In this document: positions 46,805 through 55,867 of the stretch, piece after piece
Layout of the letters: every line of letters begins with the position of its first letter
Position numbering within the stretch: the first letter of the stretch is position 1
Source of the DNA: an uncultured bacterium
GTDB taxonomy: Bacteria; Armatimonadota; UBA5829
Assembly: GCA_964494345.1 (NCBI GenBank)
Contig: CAZBSI010000001.1
Span: 424,481 to 488,480, forward strand
Length of the DNA: 64,000 bases
Direction: 5' to 3'
Made by a program: the position numbers and the translations under genes
The notes under the pieces: model-generated
What the model was told of the DNA's origin: nothing
The model's database searches: none
What the model saw: only the letters and a program-made list of their open reading frames with translations

Positions 46805-48025
46805 CTATTTGACTTCGATAACCTTGACAGGCGGAATAGCGTCAGGTATCTGCACTTTGAAGCTGTTTGCCACCGAGTCGAACAATTGCGCACTGTTCTC
46901 CGGGCCTTTGCCGGACGTGTCTACGCAGTTCAGCATCCACGCATAGCCGCTTTTAACCACTATGAGACGATGAATGACTTTCTGCGCCGACTCTGTCGTT
47001 GTGGTAGAAAAAGCCTGGGCGCCGTCGACGGTCTTTCTCACCCATGAATCCACATAGGGATTGTATTTGGCGAACGTATCGGCGTCGCTGTTCAGCGCGA
47101 GTTGTGATCGCTTTATATTCACCGCTAAGCCAGCAGATTTGTCGGCCGGGTTAAACTCGATCCAGGCGTTACCGGATTTCTTCGGCTTCATAGACGCGGT
47201 TTTGTCCTGAACCGTCCAGCCCGCAGGGTGATTCACGGAGAAACCGTATTTTGTACTCGTATACGGCGTTCCAAGCCCGGCGACGGCAGATGGTTTAGGC
47301 TGCGTCGGCGCGGGGGCTGCAGGCTGGGTTACTTTTGGCCCATTTGCAGGCGCCGGAGCAGGAGGCGCAACGGGTGCAGCGTGTACAGCAGACGGGTGTG
47401 GAGCCGGAGGAGCTGCCGGTTGACCGACTGTGTGCGGAGCAGTGCGAGATGGCGCAGGGGTATTTGTTACCTCTACCCGAGTCGACGCAGCCCACACTTG
47501 CTTGCCGGCGGTATCCATGCCGATAGCTTTAAAGATATGAGTGCCATCGGAAATAGTGGTGGTATCGAATTTAGCCTCGTATGGGGCCTGAGATTTCTGA
47601 TCTACAAGCGAATTGTTGCAGAATATCTTTACAGACGCGACTTTTGTGCCCTCAGGCACAACTGCGCTGACAGTGACAACACCTCTGTGTCTCCTCGGTG
47701 CACCCTGCGAATCAGTGGGGCCGATAATTATTTTTTGTCCCATAGCGGCTGGGTTCGCGGGTCGCCGATTAGCCGGGTCTCTTCGCTCATCATTGCCTGG
47801 ATGAGCAGGTGGAGCAGGCGGGGGCGGAGGCGCCGGCGCTTCGGATACCCCATCAGGAGGAGGCGGTGCGGGAGGCGCGTCGGACATAACATCCGGAGGC
47901 GATTGAGAGTCGACAGGCTCATCGACTTCGACAGGTGCCGGCGGAGCGAACTCGTCCTGAGCTGCGACCACCACGCATAATGAGAGAATCGCACAAACGG
48001 CGACGAGAAGAGCAAGTGTTCTCAT
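46805..48025 (-). CDS. Secreted Pro-rich protein with Ig-like and PsbP/DcrB-like regions
   Basis: ATG 48025 (MRTLALLVAVCAILSLCVVVAAQ) has GGAG 5 nt upstream. Long PPAPPPP tracts. No firm family call. Confidence 0.55.
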   Translation of the reverse strand: MRTLALLVAVCAILSLCVVVAAQDEFAPPAPVEVDEPVDSQSPPDVMSDAPPAPPPPDGVSEAPAPPPPPAPPAHPGNDERRDPANRRPANPAAMGQKIIIGPTDSQGAPRRHRGVVTVSAVVPEGTKVASVKIFCNNSLVDQKSQAPYEAKFDTTTISDGTHIFKAIGMDTAGKQVWAASTRVEVTNTPAPSRTAPHTVGQPAAPPAPHPSAVHAAPVAPPAPAPANGPKVTQPAAPAPTQPKPSAVAGLGTPYTSTKYGFSVNHPAGWTVQDKTASMKPKKSGNAWIEFNPADKSAGLAVNIKRSQLALNSDADTFAKYNPYVDSWVRKTVDGAQAFSTTTTESAQKVIHRLIVVKSGYAWMLNCVDTSGKGPENSAQLFDSVANSFKVQIPDAIPPVKVIEVK

Positions 48026-48213
48026 AAAATCTCCAATACTCCTTCCCCAACTCGGAATAATTAGATACATTATACACGATGAGCTAACCATAAACTATAT
48101 TCCTTATACGCAAGCAAGTTGATACAACTCAACAGTATCTTATTTAGTTGACGAGCGGGGGTGCGTGCATTAAGATATTCGTGTTGGTGATTGCTGCTTC
48201 GGAGGAGAGGAAT

Positions 48214-49632
48214 ATGAATTGCAAAAAAAGCACATTTGCCCTGTATTTCGGTAACAGGGGCTTCTTCCCTGCCTCATTGCTGGCCTCAGCTCGACAGGAA
48301 ATGATCGAGACTATGGAGAGACTCGGTCATGATTATATTATCCTGGACGCCTCGGCGACTCGTAACGGAGGAGTCGAAACAGCCGCAGAAGGGGCCACCT
48401 ATGCCCGATTCCTCAAAGAAAATGAGGGGAAATTCGACGGCGTAATCTTGTCTCTGCCCAATTTTGGCGATGAAAATGGCGCGATTGCTGCCCTTAGAGA
48501 CGCCAATGTCCCTATCCTGATTCAGGCATATCCGGACGAATTGAATCGGATGGCGCCTGCGCTGCGCAGGGATTCGTTCTGCGGCAAGATGTCGATTATG
48601 GACGTATTTGTGCAAAACGACATCCCGTTTACGGTCCTCAAGCCGCATACCGTATCCCCGACAAGTCGCGTCTTTGCCGAGCATATCGACCATTTCGACC
48701 GTGTGTGCAGGGTCATCAAGGGAATGGAAAAACTGACGATAGGCGCGATCGGCGCGCGGACAACGGCGTTCAAGACCGTGAGAATTGATGAGGTTGCGCT
48801 TCAGAAGAATAGTATCACCGTCGAAACGTTCGACCTATCTGAGCTTTTCGCAAGGATGGGCGACGTTGCCGAATCGAGTGACGCGTACGCGTCTAAGGCG
48901 GATTCTTTGAACAACTATGCCGACTTCTCTAAGACACCCGGTGACAAGTTCTCGGCGTTGGTAAAAATGGGAGTCGCGCTGGACGCTATAATCGACGAGT
49001 ACAGCCTGGATGCTGTTGCGATACGATGCTGGATGGAGATGCAGAAACAAATCGGCATATCCCCATGTGTGTTGATGAGCGAAATGAACAACCGTGGCCT
49101 GCCGGCATCCTGCGAGGTGGACATAGGCAACGCAATTGTAATGCACGCCCTTAGCAAAGCATCCGGCGATGTCTCTGCGTGTCTGGACTGGAACAACAAC
49201 TACGGTGACGAAGAGGATAAATGCATATTGTTCCATTGCGGGCCTGTGCCGCAACAGATGATGGTTGATACCGGATGTGTGACCGGTCATCTGATATTGG
49301 AGAGCGCGCCGGACATTACGTCGTCTTATGGCTGTAACGTCGGCAGAATCAAGCCCGGCCCGTTCACTTTTTCGAGTATGATGACTGTGGATGGCGAGCT
49401 TAGCTTCTACGTGGGCGAGGGTGAGTTCACCGCTGATGCGATACCCGATGATTTCTTCGGTTGTGCGGGAGTGGCCTATATTGATGGCTTGCAAGACGTG
49501 CTGATGAGCATCGGTCGACAGGGCCACCGACATCACGTCAGCGTGACGCCGGGTATAGTAGGCGCGGCCGTATGTGAAGCGCTGGGCTATTATCTAGGAC
49601 ATGCGGTCTCTATACCGCAGAACGAATGTTGA
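48214..49632 (+). CDS. L-fucose isomerase-like family protein (COG2407-type sugar isomerase)
   Basis: FGNRGFFP, LPNFGDENG, RRDSFCGKMS. ATG 48214 has GGAGGAG upstream. Confidence 0.6.
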   Translation: MNCKKSTFALYFGNRGFFPASLLASARQEMIETMERLGHDYIILDASATRNGGVETAAEGATYARFLKENEGKFDGVILSLPNFGDENGAIAALRDANVPILIQAYPDELNRMAPALRRDSFCGKMSIMDVFVQNDIPFTVLKPHTVSPTSRVFAEHIDHFDRVCRVIKGMEKLTIGAIGARTTAFKTVRIDEVALQKNSITVETFDLSELFARMGDVAESSDAYASKADSLNNYADFSKTPGDKFSALVKMGVALDAIIDEYSLDAVAIRCWMEMQKQIGISPCVLMSEMNNRGLPASCEVDIGNAIVMHALSKASGDVSACLDWNNNYGDEEDKCILFHCGPVPQQMMVDTGCVTGHLILESAPDITSSYGCNVGRIKPGPFTFSSMMTVDGELSFYVGEGEFTADAIPDDFFGCAGVAYIDGLQDVLMSIGRQGHRHHVSVTPGIVGAAVCEALGYYLGHAVSIPQNEC

Positions 49633-49637
49633 TTGTA

Positions 49638-50486
49638 TTAAGAAGCCTGCTGCAGGCTTCTTAGCGTCGCCAGGTTTTCGTAGTCCTCTGCGAAAGCCTG
49701 GCCTGCCGGTGTCTCGATGATACCAGGCAAATCGCCGGTGCCGGGGTAGTTAAGAATCGCTCGGAACCCTTCGAGTGTGACTTTGCCTTTGCCGATATGA
49801 AAATGCCGGTCGCGCTTTGATCCTAACTCTACCTCGGTGTCGTTTAGATGGATCAGCTTCAACTTATCAAAACCGATATGTTTTTTGATAAGTCCGAACA
49901 TCTCATTGACGCTGTCAGCATTGGAGATATCGTAGCCCGAACCCCACAGATGCGCGGTGTCTATACATAACCCGACTCGTGAATGGCTATTTCCCATGAT
50001 CTCTAAGATATCGGCGATATGCTCAAACTTACCGCCAATTGTAAGCCCGGACCCCGACCCCATCTCTAAGGCTATTAGCGGGTGACTGTCGGCCTGCAGA
50101 GCCTGCTCGACTGCTGTGGCGATGCGTGCGATTCCGGCCTCGTATCCGGAGCCTTTGTGGCTGCCTATGTGAGTTACAATGATGCTCGCTCCCAATAGCG
50201 GGGCTTTGGCCACGGCGTAAGCCAGCGCGTCGACGCTTTTCGACCAGATGGTATCATCCGGTGAGGCGAGGTTGAGCAGGTATGGGGTGTGCAAGATAAC
50301 AGGGTGGATATCCAATTCCTGGATTTTACCGGCGAACTCCGCTGCGACCTGCAAATCTACCGGGCGTGTAGTCCATGCATTTGGGTTGCCGGAGAAGAGT
50401 TGCACGGTCTCGCATCCGAGCGACTGCGCACGTTCTAAAGACTTCAGTAATCCACCGCCGATTCGCACATGAACGCCAAGCCGCAC
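49638..50486 (-). CDS. nfo: Endonuclease IV (AP endonuclease)
   Basis: LGCETVQLFSGNPNAW, VTHIGSH, CIDTAHLW, HLNDT. GTG start. Confidence 0.92.
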   Translation of the reverse strand: MRLGVHVRIGGGLLKSLERAQSLGCETVQLFSGNPNAWTTRPVDLQVAAEFAGKIQELDIHPVILHTPYLLNLASPDDTIWSKSVDALAYAVAKAPLLGASIIVTHIGSHKGSGYEAGIARIATAVEQALQADSHPLIALEMGSGSGLTIGGKFEHIADILEIMGNSHSRVGLCIDTAHLWGSGYDISNADSVNEMFGLIKKHIGFDKLKLIHLNDTEVELGSKRDRHFHIGKGKVTLEGFRAILNYPGTGDLPGIIETPAGQAFAEDYENLATLRSLQQAS

Positions 50487-50487
50487 G

Positions 50488-50823
50488 TCAGTCGTCGTCT
50501 TCCGGGCCGAATGTGTCGATATCCTGAGAGGAATAGCTGAACGAACTAAGCTCTTCAGCGCGGAACAGAGTGACGAGCAAGTCTTCTCGTTCGAAACTGG
50601 GCAGATACGATGAGACTATGTCCTCGTCGATAGTGTCGAGGAGTTGTTCTTCTTCTCTAACTGAGAGGTCTACTTCAAGGAGCACTGCTGCGTGAATGGT
50701 ATCGTGGGCGTAGTGCAAATGAAGCTGTCCCACTCTAATATCCTCGTCCCAGATAATGAAAATTTCAGATGAAACGGTTCGGACGTTGCGTGACAGCCGG
50801 AAATGACTTCTCTGGTTCTCCAA
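50488..50823 (-). CDS. Acidic hypothetical protein
   Basis: 111-aa ORF. Its stop is 1 nt from the nfo start. No family recognised. Confidence 0.45.
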   Translation of the reverse strand: MENQRSHFRLSRNVRTVSSEIFIIWDEDIRVGQLHLHYAHDTIHAAVLLEVDLSVREEEQLLDTIDEDIVSSYLPSFEREDLLVTLFRAEELSSFSYSSQDIDTFGPEDDD

Positions 50824-51021
50824 TCTACCCCTCCGCTAGCTTTCGATGACATAGTATCCCACTTTTTGCTCTGACGGTCAAATAGCGTGTGTCAGGTTGG
50901 GCCAGATAGCCCTTATATACAAAATAGATGCGATGCTCAGTTTGGCTATTCATCAGTAGGGGTATTAAAACCAGGGTGGAAAGCTCAGTTAGGTTATACA
51001 TTCATGGAGGGAGGTGTGCTT

Positions 51022-51210
51022 ATGGCCCGGCTAAGAGGCTTTGCCGCTATGGATCCTGAAAAACAACGAGAGATAGCCCGAAAGGGCGGACGTGCCGCTC
51101 ATAAAAAAGGCACGGCCCATCAGTGGACAAGCGAGGAAGCGCGTGTCGCCGGCCGCAAAGGCGGCGAGGCAAGCCACGGTGGAGGACGCAGAAAAAAATC
51201 CGAGTCCTGA
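51022..51210 (+). CDS. KGG-repeat general stress protein (YciG-like)
   Basis: ARKGGRAAHKKG...AGRKGGEASHGG repeats. ATG 51022 has GGAGGGAGG upstream; the ORF-track start at 50887 is unlikely. Confidence 0.7.
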   Translation: MARLRGFAAMDPEKQREIARKGGRAAHKKGTAHQWTSEEARVAGRKGGEASHGGGRRKKSES

Positions 51211-51243
51211 CCCCTATCTTTCTACTGACGTGAATCGACGAAA

Positions 51244-51275
51244 GCCGGATCGTTGCAGACACATATCGATCCGGC
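51244..51275 (+). terminator. Hairpin after the KGG gene (no clear U-tract)
   Basis: Perfect 9-bp stem GCCGGATCG / CGATCCGGC with a 14-nt loop. Confidence 0.35.
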
Positions 51276-51325
51276 CTGTCGTCGTCAATTACTGACAACT
51301 TCTCAGCTTCAAATCCGTTGGTCGT

Positions 51326-51354
51326 TTGACATCGCTTCGGCTTTTATTTACAAT
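51326..51354 (+). promoter_or_regulatory. Sigma70-like promoter of the pfkB-family kinase gene
   Basis: TTGACA, 17-nt spacer, TACAAT. Confidence 0.5.
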
Positions 51355-51381
51355 ATGCCGGGCCGTATGGAGGACCCAACT

Positions 51382-52314
51382 GTGATTTTAACGGTTACTC
51401 CCAACGCATCAATTGACAAAACTTATGTTGTCGAAGGCTTCGGCATCGACCGGATTCATCGTCCTTCGAAGATTACCAGCAGCCCTGGTGGTAAGGGTAT
51501 CAACGTGCTGCGGGTCTTTCGAGAACTCGGCGGCGCTGGAATCGCTACCGGGTTTGTAGGAGGCAGGGTAGGGGAGGCGATACTGGAGGGGCTGGATGCT
51601 GAAGGATTAGAGCATAGCGTCGTCACAGTTCAAGGCGAATCCAGACTGTGTCTTAAGATAATCGACCCTTTGAGCGGCACCCAGACAGAAATCAACGAAA
51701 CTGGTCCCAGCATAACAGACCAGGAAGTCGAGCAGCTTAGCAGGCGAATCGAGGAACTGCTGGACGGAATGGAGTGGTTGGTGCTGTCGGGCAACGTGCC
51801 TCCCGGTGTCCCGGAGACGTTTTATGCGGATATGATAAGGCTGGCAAAGAGCAAAGGCGTCAAGACCGTGCTGGACGCCAGCGATAAGCAGCTTAAAGAA
51901 GGTGTCGTTGCAGGGCCTTATATGATAAAACCCAACGTTCACGAGCTATCCGAGCTTGCTGAGCAGGAGTTGGTTACTGTCGAAGAGATTTGCGACGCCG
52001 CAAAAAATGTTATCGAATGCGGAATCAATATAGTCGCTGTTACCGTAGGAAGAAGCGGAGCGCTGGTAACTGATGGGCAACACGCGTGGCAAGCTGTGCC
52101 TCCGGATATCGAATACGCAAGCGCGGTTGGTTCCGGGGACTCGTTTATTGCTGGCTTTTTGTCGGAATTGGCAAACGAAGGATCAATGTCGGATGCCTTG
52201 ATTCTCGGCACTGCCGCCGGAGCCGCAAATGCCACAACTTATAATGCTGGTTCGTGCTCCAAATGTAGTATAATGGACATCAGGCGCGGAGTTAGCCTGA
52301 GCGAATTGTTCTGA
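51382..52314 (+). CDS. PfkB-family sugar kinase (1-phosphofructokinase / tagatose-6-phosphate kinase type)
   Basis: ILTVTPNASIDKTY, GGKGINV, and a C-terminal GSGDSF/GAANA motif. GTG 51382 has GGAGG 8 nt upstream and lies downstream of the predicted promoter; earlier ATGs fall inside or just after the -10. Confidence 0.85.
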   Translation: MILTVTPNASIDKTYVVEGFGIDRIHRPSKITSSPGGKGINVLRVFRELGGAGIATGFVGGRVGEAILEGLDAEGLEHSVVTVQGESRLCLKIIDPLSGTQTEINETGPSITDQEVEQLSRRIEELLDGMEWLVLSGNVPPGVPETFYADMIRLAKSKGVKTVLDASDKQLKEGVVAGPYMIKPNVHELSELAEQELVTVEEICDAAKNVIECGINIVAVTVGRSGALVTDGQHAWQAVPPDIEYASAVGSGDSFIAGFLSELANEGSMSDALILGTAAGAANATTYNAGSCSKCSIMDIRRGVSLSELF

Positions 52315-52331
52315 GTGTTGGAGCATATTTA

Positions 52332-52757
52332 ATGTTTTCTCTGCCAAACGGACCCGAACTGATATTTATTATCGCGCTTGCGCTTATCATTTTCGGGCCG
52401 AAAAGACTCCCAGAGATCGGCAAATCTATCGGAAAGGGGCTAAGGGAGCTGCGTAAAGCCTCCAGAGAGATTACCGATGCTTTCCAGGAAATGAACTTGA
52501 ATATTGACGATGATGAGGATGACAAAAAGTTGTCGTCAGGTACCAGCCTTCACACCGATACTGAAGAAGGTTCGGATGATGGTGAGGCTGTTGATGATCC
52601 ACCCGCCTCGGAAACTGGAACCGAGGCTGATGATAATTTAGATTTACCAAAGGAGAATGATCAAGATGCAGCCAGCAGCGTTTATCCCACAGGGACCGGA
52701 ATTGTGGGTGGTGATCGGGATAATTGTACTACTGTTCGGAGTGAAGAGACTTCCTGA
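52332..52757 (+). CDS. tatA: TatA/E-family twin-arginine translocase protein with a long acidic tail
   Basis: GPELIFIIALALIIFGPKRLPEIGKSIGKGLRELRKA, then a D/E-rich tail. Confidence 0.8.
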   Translation: MFSLPNGPELIFIIALALIIFGPKRLPEIGKSIGKGLRELRKASREITDAFQEMNLNIDDDEDDKKLSSGTSLHTDTEEGSDDGEAVDDPPASETGTEADDNLDLPKENDQDAASSVYPTGTGIVGGDRDNCTTVRSEETS

Positions 52758-52887
52758 GATCGGCAAGTCGATGGCTGAGGGCATTCACGAGTTCAAAAAG
52801 GCGTCTCGTAAGCTTAAAGAAGAAATTGATGCCGATGACGAGGGTGAGGAAGACAAAACTAAGTCGACTCCCAAAAAAGAGGACTAA
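52666..52887 (+). CDS. tatA: TatA/E-family twin-arginine translocase protein (second copy)
   Basis: GPELWVVIGIIVLLFGVKRLPEIGKSMAEGIHEFKKA. AGGAG lies 10 nt upstream of ATG 52666. Confidence 0.85.
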   Translation: MQPAAFIPQGPELWVVIGIIVLLFGVKRLPEIGKSMAEGIHEFKKASRKLKEEIDADDEGEEDKTKSTPKKED

Positions 52888-52908
52888 TTTTCATTATATT
52901 CTCGTGTA

Positions 52909-52937
52909 TTGACTGCAGAATGCCAATCTGGTAATAT
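52909..52937 (+). promoter_or_regulatory. Sigma70-like promoter of secG
   Basis: TTGACT, 17-nt spacer, TAATAT. Confidence 0.45.
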
Positions 52938-52976
52938 AATATGGTTCTGTGACGATCAGGAGTGGGCATTTTAGAT

Positions 52977-53213
52977 ATGAGTACGTTTTTGATTGCACTT
53001 CAAGTTATTAGCGCTCTCGCTCTTATAGGGATAGTAATGTCCCAGGCAACGAAGAGTGAGGGGCTTTCGGGCACAATCGGTGGCAAGTCGGAGTCTGCAT
53101 TCCAGGGTAAGCCTGGGTTGGAGGACAAGCTCGGCGAGATCACCAAATGGGCGGCGGTATTCTTTATGGTTACCAGCGCTCTGGTCGCTTACGTGCTGCC
53201 GATGGCGCGCTAA
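52977..53213 (+). CDS. secG: Preprotein translocase subunit SecG
   Basis: Two TM segments flanking MSQATKSEGLSGTIGG.SESAF, typical of SecG. Confidence 0.85.
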   Translation: MSTFLIALQVISALALIGIVMSQATKSEGLSGTIGGKSESAFQGKPGLEDKLGEITKWAAVFFMVTSALVAYVLPMAR

Positions 53214-53235
53214 GATTCACTATAATAACGAAACA

Positions 53236-53267
53236 GCCCGCGTATCTACGGGATTCGCGGGTGTTTT
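53236..53267 (+). terminator. Rho-independent terminator after secG
   Basis: Stem CCCGCG / CGCGGG (plus a G.U pair) followed by GTTTT. Confidence 0.5.
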
Positions 53268-53285
53268 GGTGTACGGGGGACAATC

Positions 53286-53453
53286 TCAGGCGGCTTTCTT
53301 TTCGACTACTTTTACTTCTTCTGGACAATCTGAGCAATCGGTGAGGTCGCAATCGAAGCACTTATCGTCAGGGGCTTGTGCTGCCGTTGCGTAAAGATAG
53401 GCATACAAAGAAACACAGCCTACAACCCATCCAATTGCTATTCCTATCCACAT
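53286..53453 (-). CDS. Small membrane protein with a Cys-rich acidic tail
   Basis: ATG 53453 has GGAGG 8 nt upstream. MWIGIAIGWVVGCVSLYAYLY (TM) followed by CFDCDLTDCSDC. Confidence 0.4.
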   Translation of the reverse strand: MWIGIAIGWVVGCVSLYAYLYATAAQAPDDKCFDCDLTDCSDCPEEVKVVEKKAA

Positions 53454-53642
53454 CTGAAAAGTCCTCCAACAAGGATTATCGGAAGATAATGTCCGCATCA
53501 TCAGCACTTAGATTCGCCCACTTTGACTTCCATATAAAAATATATTCTGTTATTATCATTTGACACTTGCTTAAGATGGGTTCGCGGCCTATAATTAAAG
53601 GCAGAGCTTATGTTAAAGATTTAAGCATGAAGGAGGCTAGAA

Positions 53643-54947
53643 ATGGAGCGACGCCAGTTCTTGTTGGCGCAGAGCGATATTCCCACTGAGTGGTATAATA
53701 TCGCCGCTGATCTCGGGGAACCGCCCCCGCCGCCGCTGCATCCTGCTACCCAGCAGCCGTGCACACTGGATGACCTGACACCCATTTTCCCGATGGGCGT
53801 TCTTGAGCAAGAAATGAGCACCGAAAGATGGATCAAGATTCCGGAACCGGTGCTGGAGAAGCTGGCGTTGTGGCGACCTAGCCCTTTGTATAGAGCAGTT
53901 GCGCTTGAGAAGGCTTTGGGCACTCCGGCGAAGATTTTCTACAAATACGAAGGCTCAAGTCCGGCCGGCAGCCACAAACTTAACACGGCCATTGCGCAGG
54001 CATACTACAATAAAATCGAAGGCACCACTCGTATCGCAACTGAGACAGGAGCAGGACAGTGGGGCGCGGCGCTGTCGATTGCCTGTAGCTTTTTTGGCTT
54101 GGGCTGCACCGTGTATATGGTCAAATGCAGCTACTATCAGAAGCCTTATAGAAGGTCGATGATGCACGCGTTTGGTGGTGAAGTCTACCCCAGCCCCAGC
54201 GAGAAGACTGAATGTGGCCGGAAGATTCTTGCTGCGGATCCGGATTGTCCGGGCAGCCTGGGTATGGCGATAAGCGAGGCAATTGAGGATACGCTGGCGC
54301 ATGACGACGTCAAATATTCTCTCGGAAGCGTGCTCAATCATGTTATTCTGCACCAGACTATAATCGGTCTTGAAGCCAAGAAGCAGTTGGAGCTGGCCGG
54401 AGTTTATCCGGATGTTGTCATAGGCTGTGTCGGTGGCGGCAGCAACTTCGGCGGAATCGTGATGCCGTTTATGGCTGACAAAATCGCTGGCAAAGACGTC
54501 CGTGCCGTTGCTGTGGAGCCTAAGGCTTGTCCGACGATTACGGCAGGCGCCTATAAATATGACTTCGGTGACACTGCTGAGATGACACCCTTGCTTAAGA
54601 TGCACTCTTTGGGCGCGGGTTTTGTGCCTCCGGCTATACACGCTGGCGGGTTGAGATATCACGGAATGGCGCCTCTCGTGAGCCTTCTTGTAGACAAGGG
54701 GCTAATCGAAGCGGAGGCATTGGATCAGATGGATATCTTCGAATCTGCGCTGAAGTTTGCCCGCTCCGAGGGTATCATAGTTGCACCGGAATCTGCACAC
54801 GCGGTTCATCAGGCCGTAGTTGAGGCAAACAAAGCAAAGGAAGAGGGCAAAGAGAGGGTTATTCTCTTTAATCTCAGCGGCCACGGATTCCTTGACCTCG
54901 GTGCCTACGATTCGTATTTCGCCGACAGGCTGTGCAGCACTGCGTAA
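53643..54947 (+). CDS. trpB: TrpB2-type tryptophan synthase beta-like PLP enzyme
   Basis: [12 protein letters not shown]...PPPPL N-terminus typical of TrpB2, GSHKLNTA lysine motif, [11 protein letters not shown]. Confidence 0.88.
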   Translation: MERRQFLLAQSDIPTEWYNIAADLGEPPPPPLHPATQQPCTLDDLTPIFPMGVLEQEMSTERWIKIPEPVLEKLALWRPSPLYRAVALEKALGTPAKIFYKYEGSSPAGSHKLNTAIAQAYYNKIEGTTRIATETGAGQWGAALSIACSFFGLGCTVYMVKCSYYQKPYRRSMMHAFGGEVYPSPSEKTECGRKILAADPDCPGSLGMAISEAIEDTLAHDDVKYSLGSVLNHVILHQTIIGLEAKKQLELAGVYPDVVIGCVGGGSNFGGIVMPFMADKIAGKDVRAVAVEPKACPTITAGAYKYDFGDTAEMTPLLKMHSLGAGFVPPAIHAGGLRYHGMAPLVSLLVDKGLIEAEALDQMDIFESALKFARSEGIIVAPESAHAVHQAVVEANKAKEEGKERVILFNLSGHGFLDLGAYDSYFADRLCSTA

Positions 54948-55036
54948 GCAGGTAAGCTGATTGTCAATGTCGAACTTCATAGTGGACAGAACACCGGGCC
55001 GGTTCCAACAGGAATCGGCCCGCATCCGAGGATATC

Positions 55037-55867
55037 ATGAAGTTCGCCATTTGCAACGAGATGTTCGAAGGCTGGCCGTTTGAGGATGTCTGTACAGCGG
55101 CTGGAGAAATTGGCTATTCCGGAATTGAGATCGCCCCTTTCACTCTCGGCAAACCAATTGTCGAATTGTCCAGAAGTGAACGCACATCCATTCAACATAT
55201 CGCAAAAGAAGCGGGGCTTAGCGTAGTCGGTCTGCACTGGTGCCTCGCAAATACCACTGGTCTTCACCTCACCTCCCCTGATAAGACGGTTCGAGACCGT
55301 ACCACAGAATATCTTACTGAGCTGATAAATCTGTGCGCGGATATTGGCGGCGAGGTAATCGTATTTGGCTCCCCTAAACAGCGCAATTCGCTGCCCGGTG
55401 TCAGCGCTGAACAGGCGCACGAATACGCCATTGACGTTTTTCGCAGTATCGTGCCAGTTCTTGAAAACCGAGGTGTTACGCTGGCTCTGGAACCGTTATC
55501 TCCAACGGAGACTGATTTTGTAAACACAGCCGGGCAAGCTCAAGAGATTATTACCGAAATTGATTCGCCACGCTTTGGTCTGACTCTTGATGTCAAAGCG
55601 ATGTCGTCAGAATCTATCCCTATAGAACAAATTATCCGGGAAAACAAAGGCTCATTAAAACATTTCCACGCCAATGACGCTAACTTGAGAGGGCCGGGGT
55701 TTGGGGATACTGATTTTACGCCTATAGCCGCTGCACTTAACGAGGTCAATTATGACGGCTGGGTCTCAGTAGAGGTCTTCGATTTTAGCCCGGACCCGAT
55801 AACTATCGCAACTAAGTCCATACAATATCTCAGAGAAGTCTTTGAAGCAGAGAGGAGCAAGCTATGA
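55037..55867 (+). CDS. Sugar phosphate isomerase/epimerase (xylose isomerase-like TIM barrel)
   Basis: GYSGIEIAP, ALEPLSP, HFHANDAN, GWVSVEVFD. Confidence 0.8.
   Translation: MKFAICNEMFEGWPFEDVCTAAGEIGYSGIEIAPFTLGKPIVELSRSERTSIQHIAKEAGLSVVGLHWCLANTTGLHLTSPDKTVRDRTTEYLTELINLCADIGGEVIVFGSPKQRNSLPGVSAEQAHEYAIDVFRSIVPVLENRGVTLALEPLSPTETDFVNTAGQAQEIITEIDSPRFGLTLDVKAMSSESIPIEQIIRENKGSLKHFHANDANLRGPGFGDTDFTPIAAALNEVNYDGWVSVEVFDFSPDPITIATKSIQYLREVFEAERSKL

Noticed and set aside
48025-48025. Two secreted proteins (starts at 6541 and 48025) both begin MRTLAL with similar codons, considered as a possible shared mobile signal-peptide cassette.
   Set aside because: The similarity is limited to about six codons of a generic signal-peptide n-region, and upstream sequences differ.
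49640-49662. A 10-bp palindrome AAGAAGCCTG-CTG-CAGGCTTCTT at the junction of the two convergent genes, considered as a shared terminator.
   Set aside because: It lies within the last codons of nfo, has only a 3-nt loop and has no U-tract on either side. It cannot be distinguished from coding sequence by eye.
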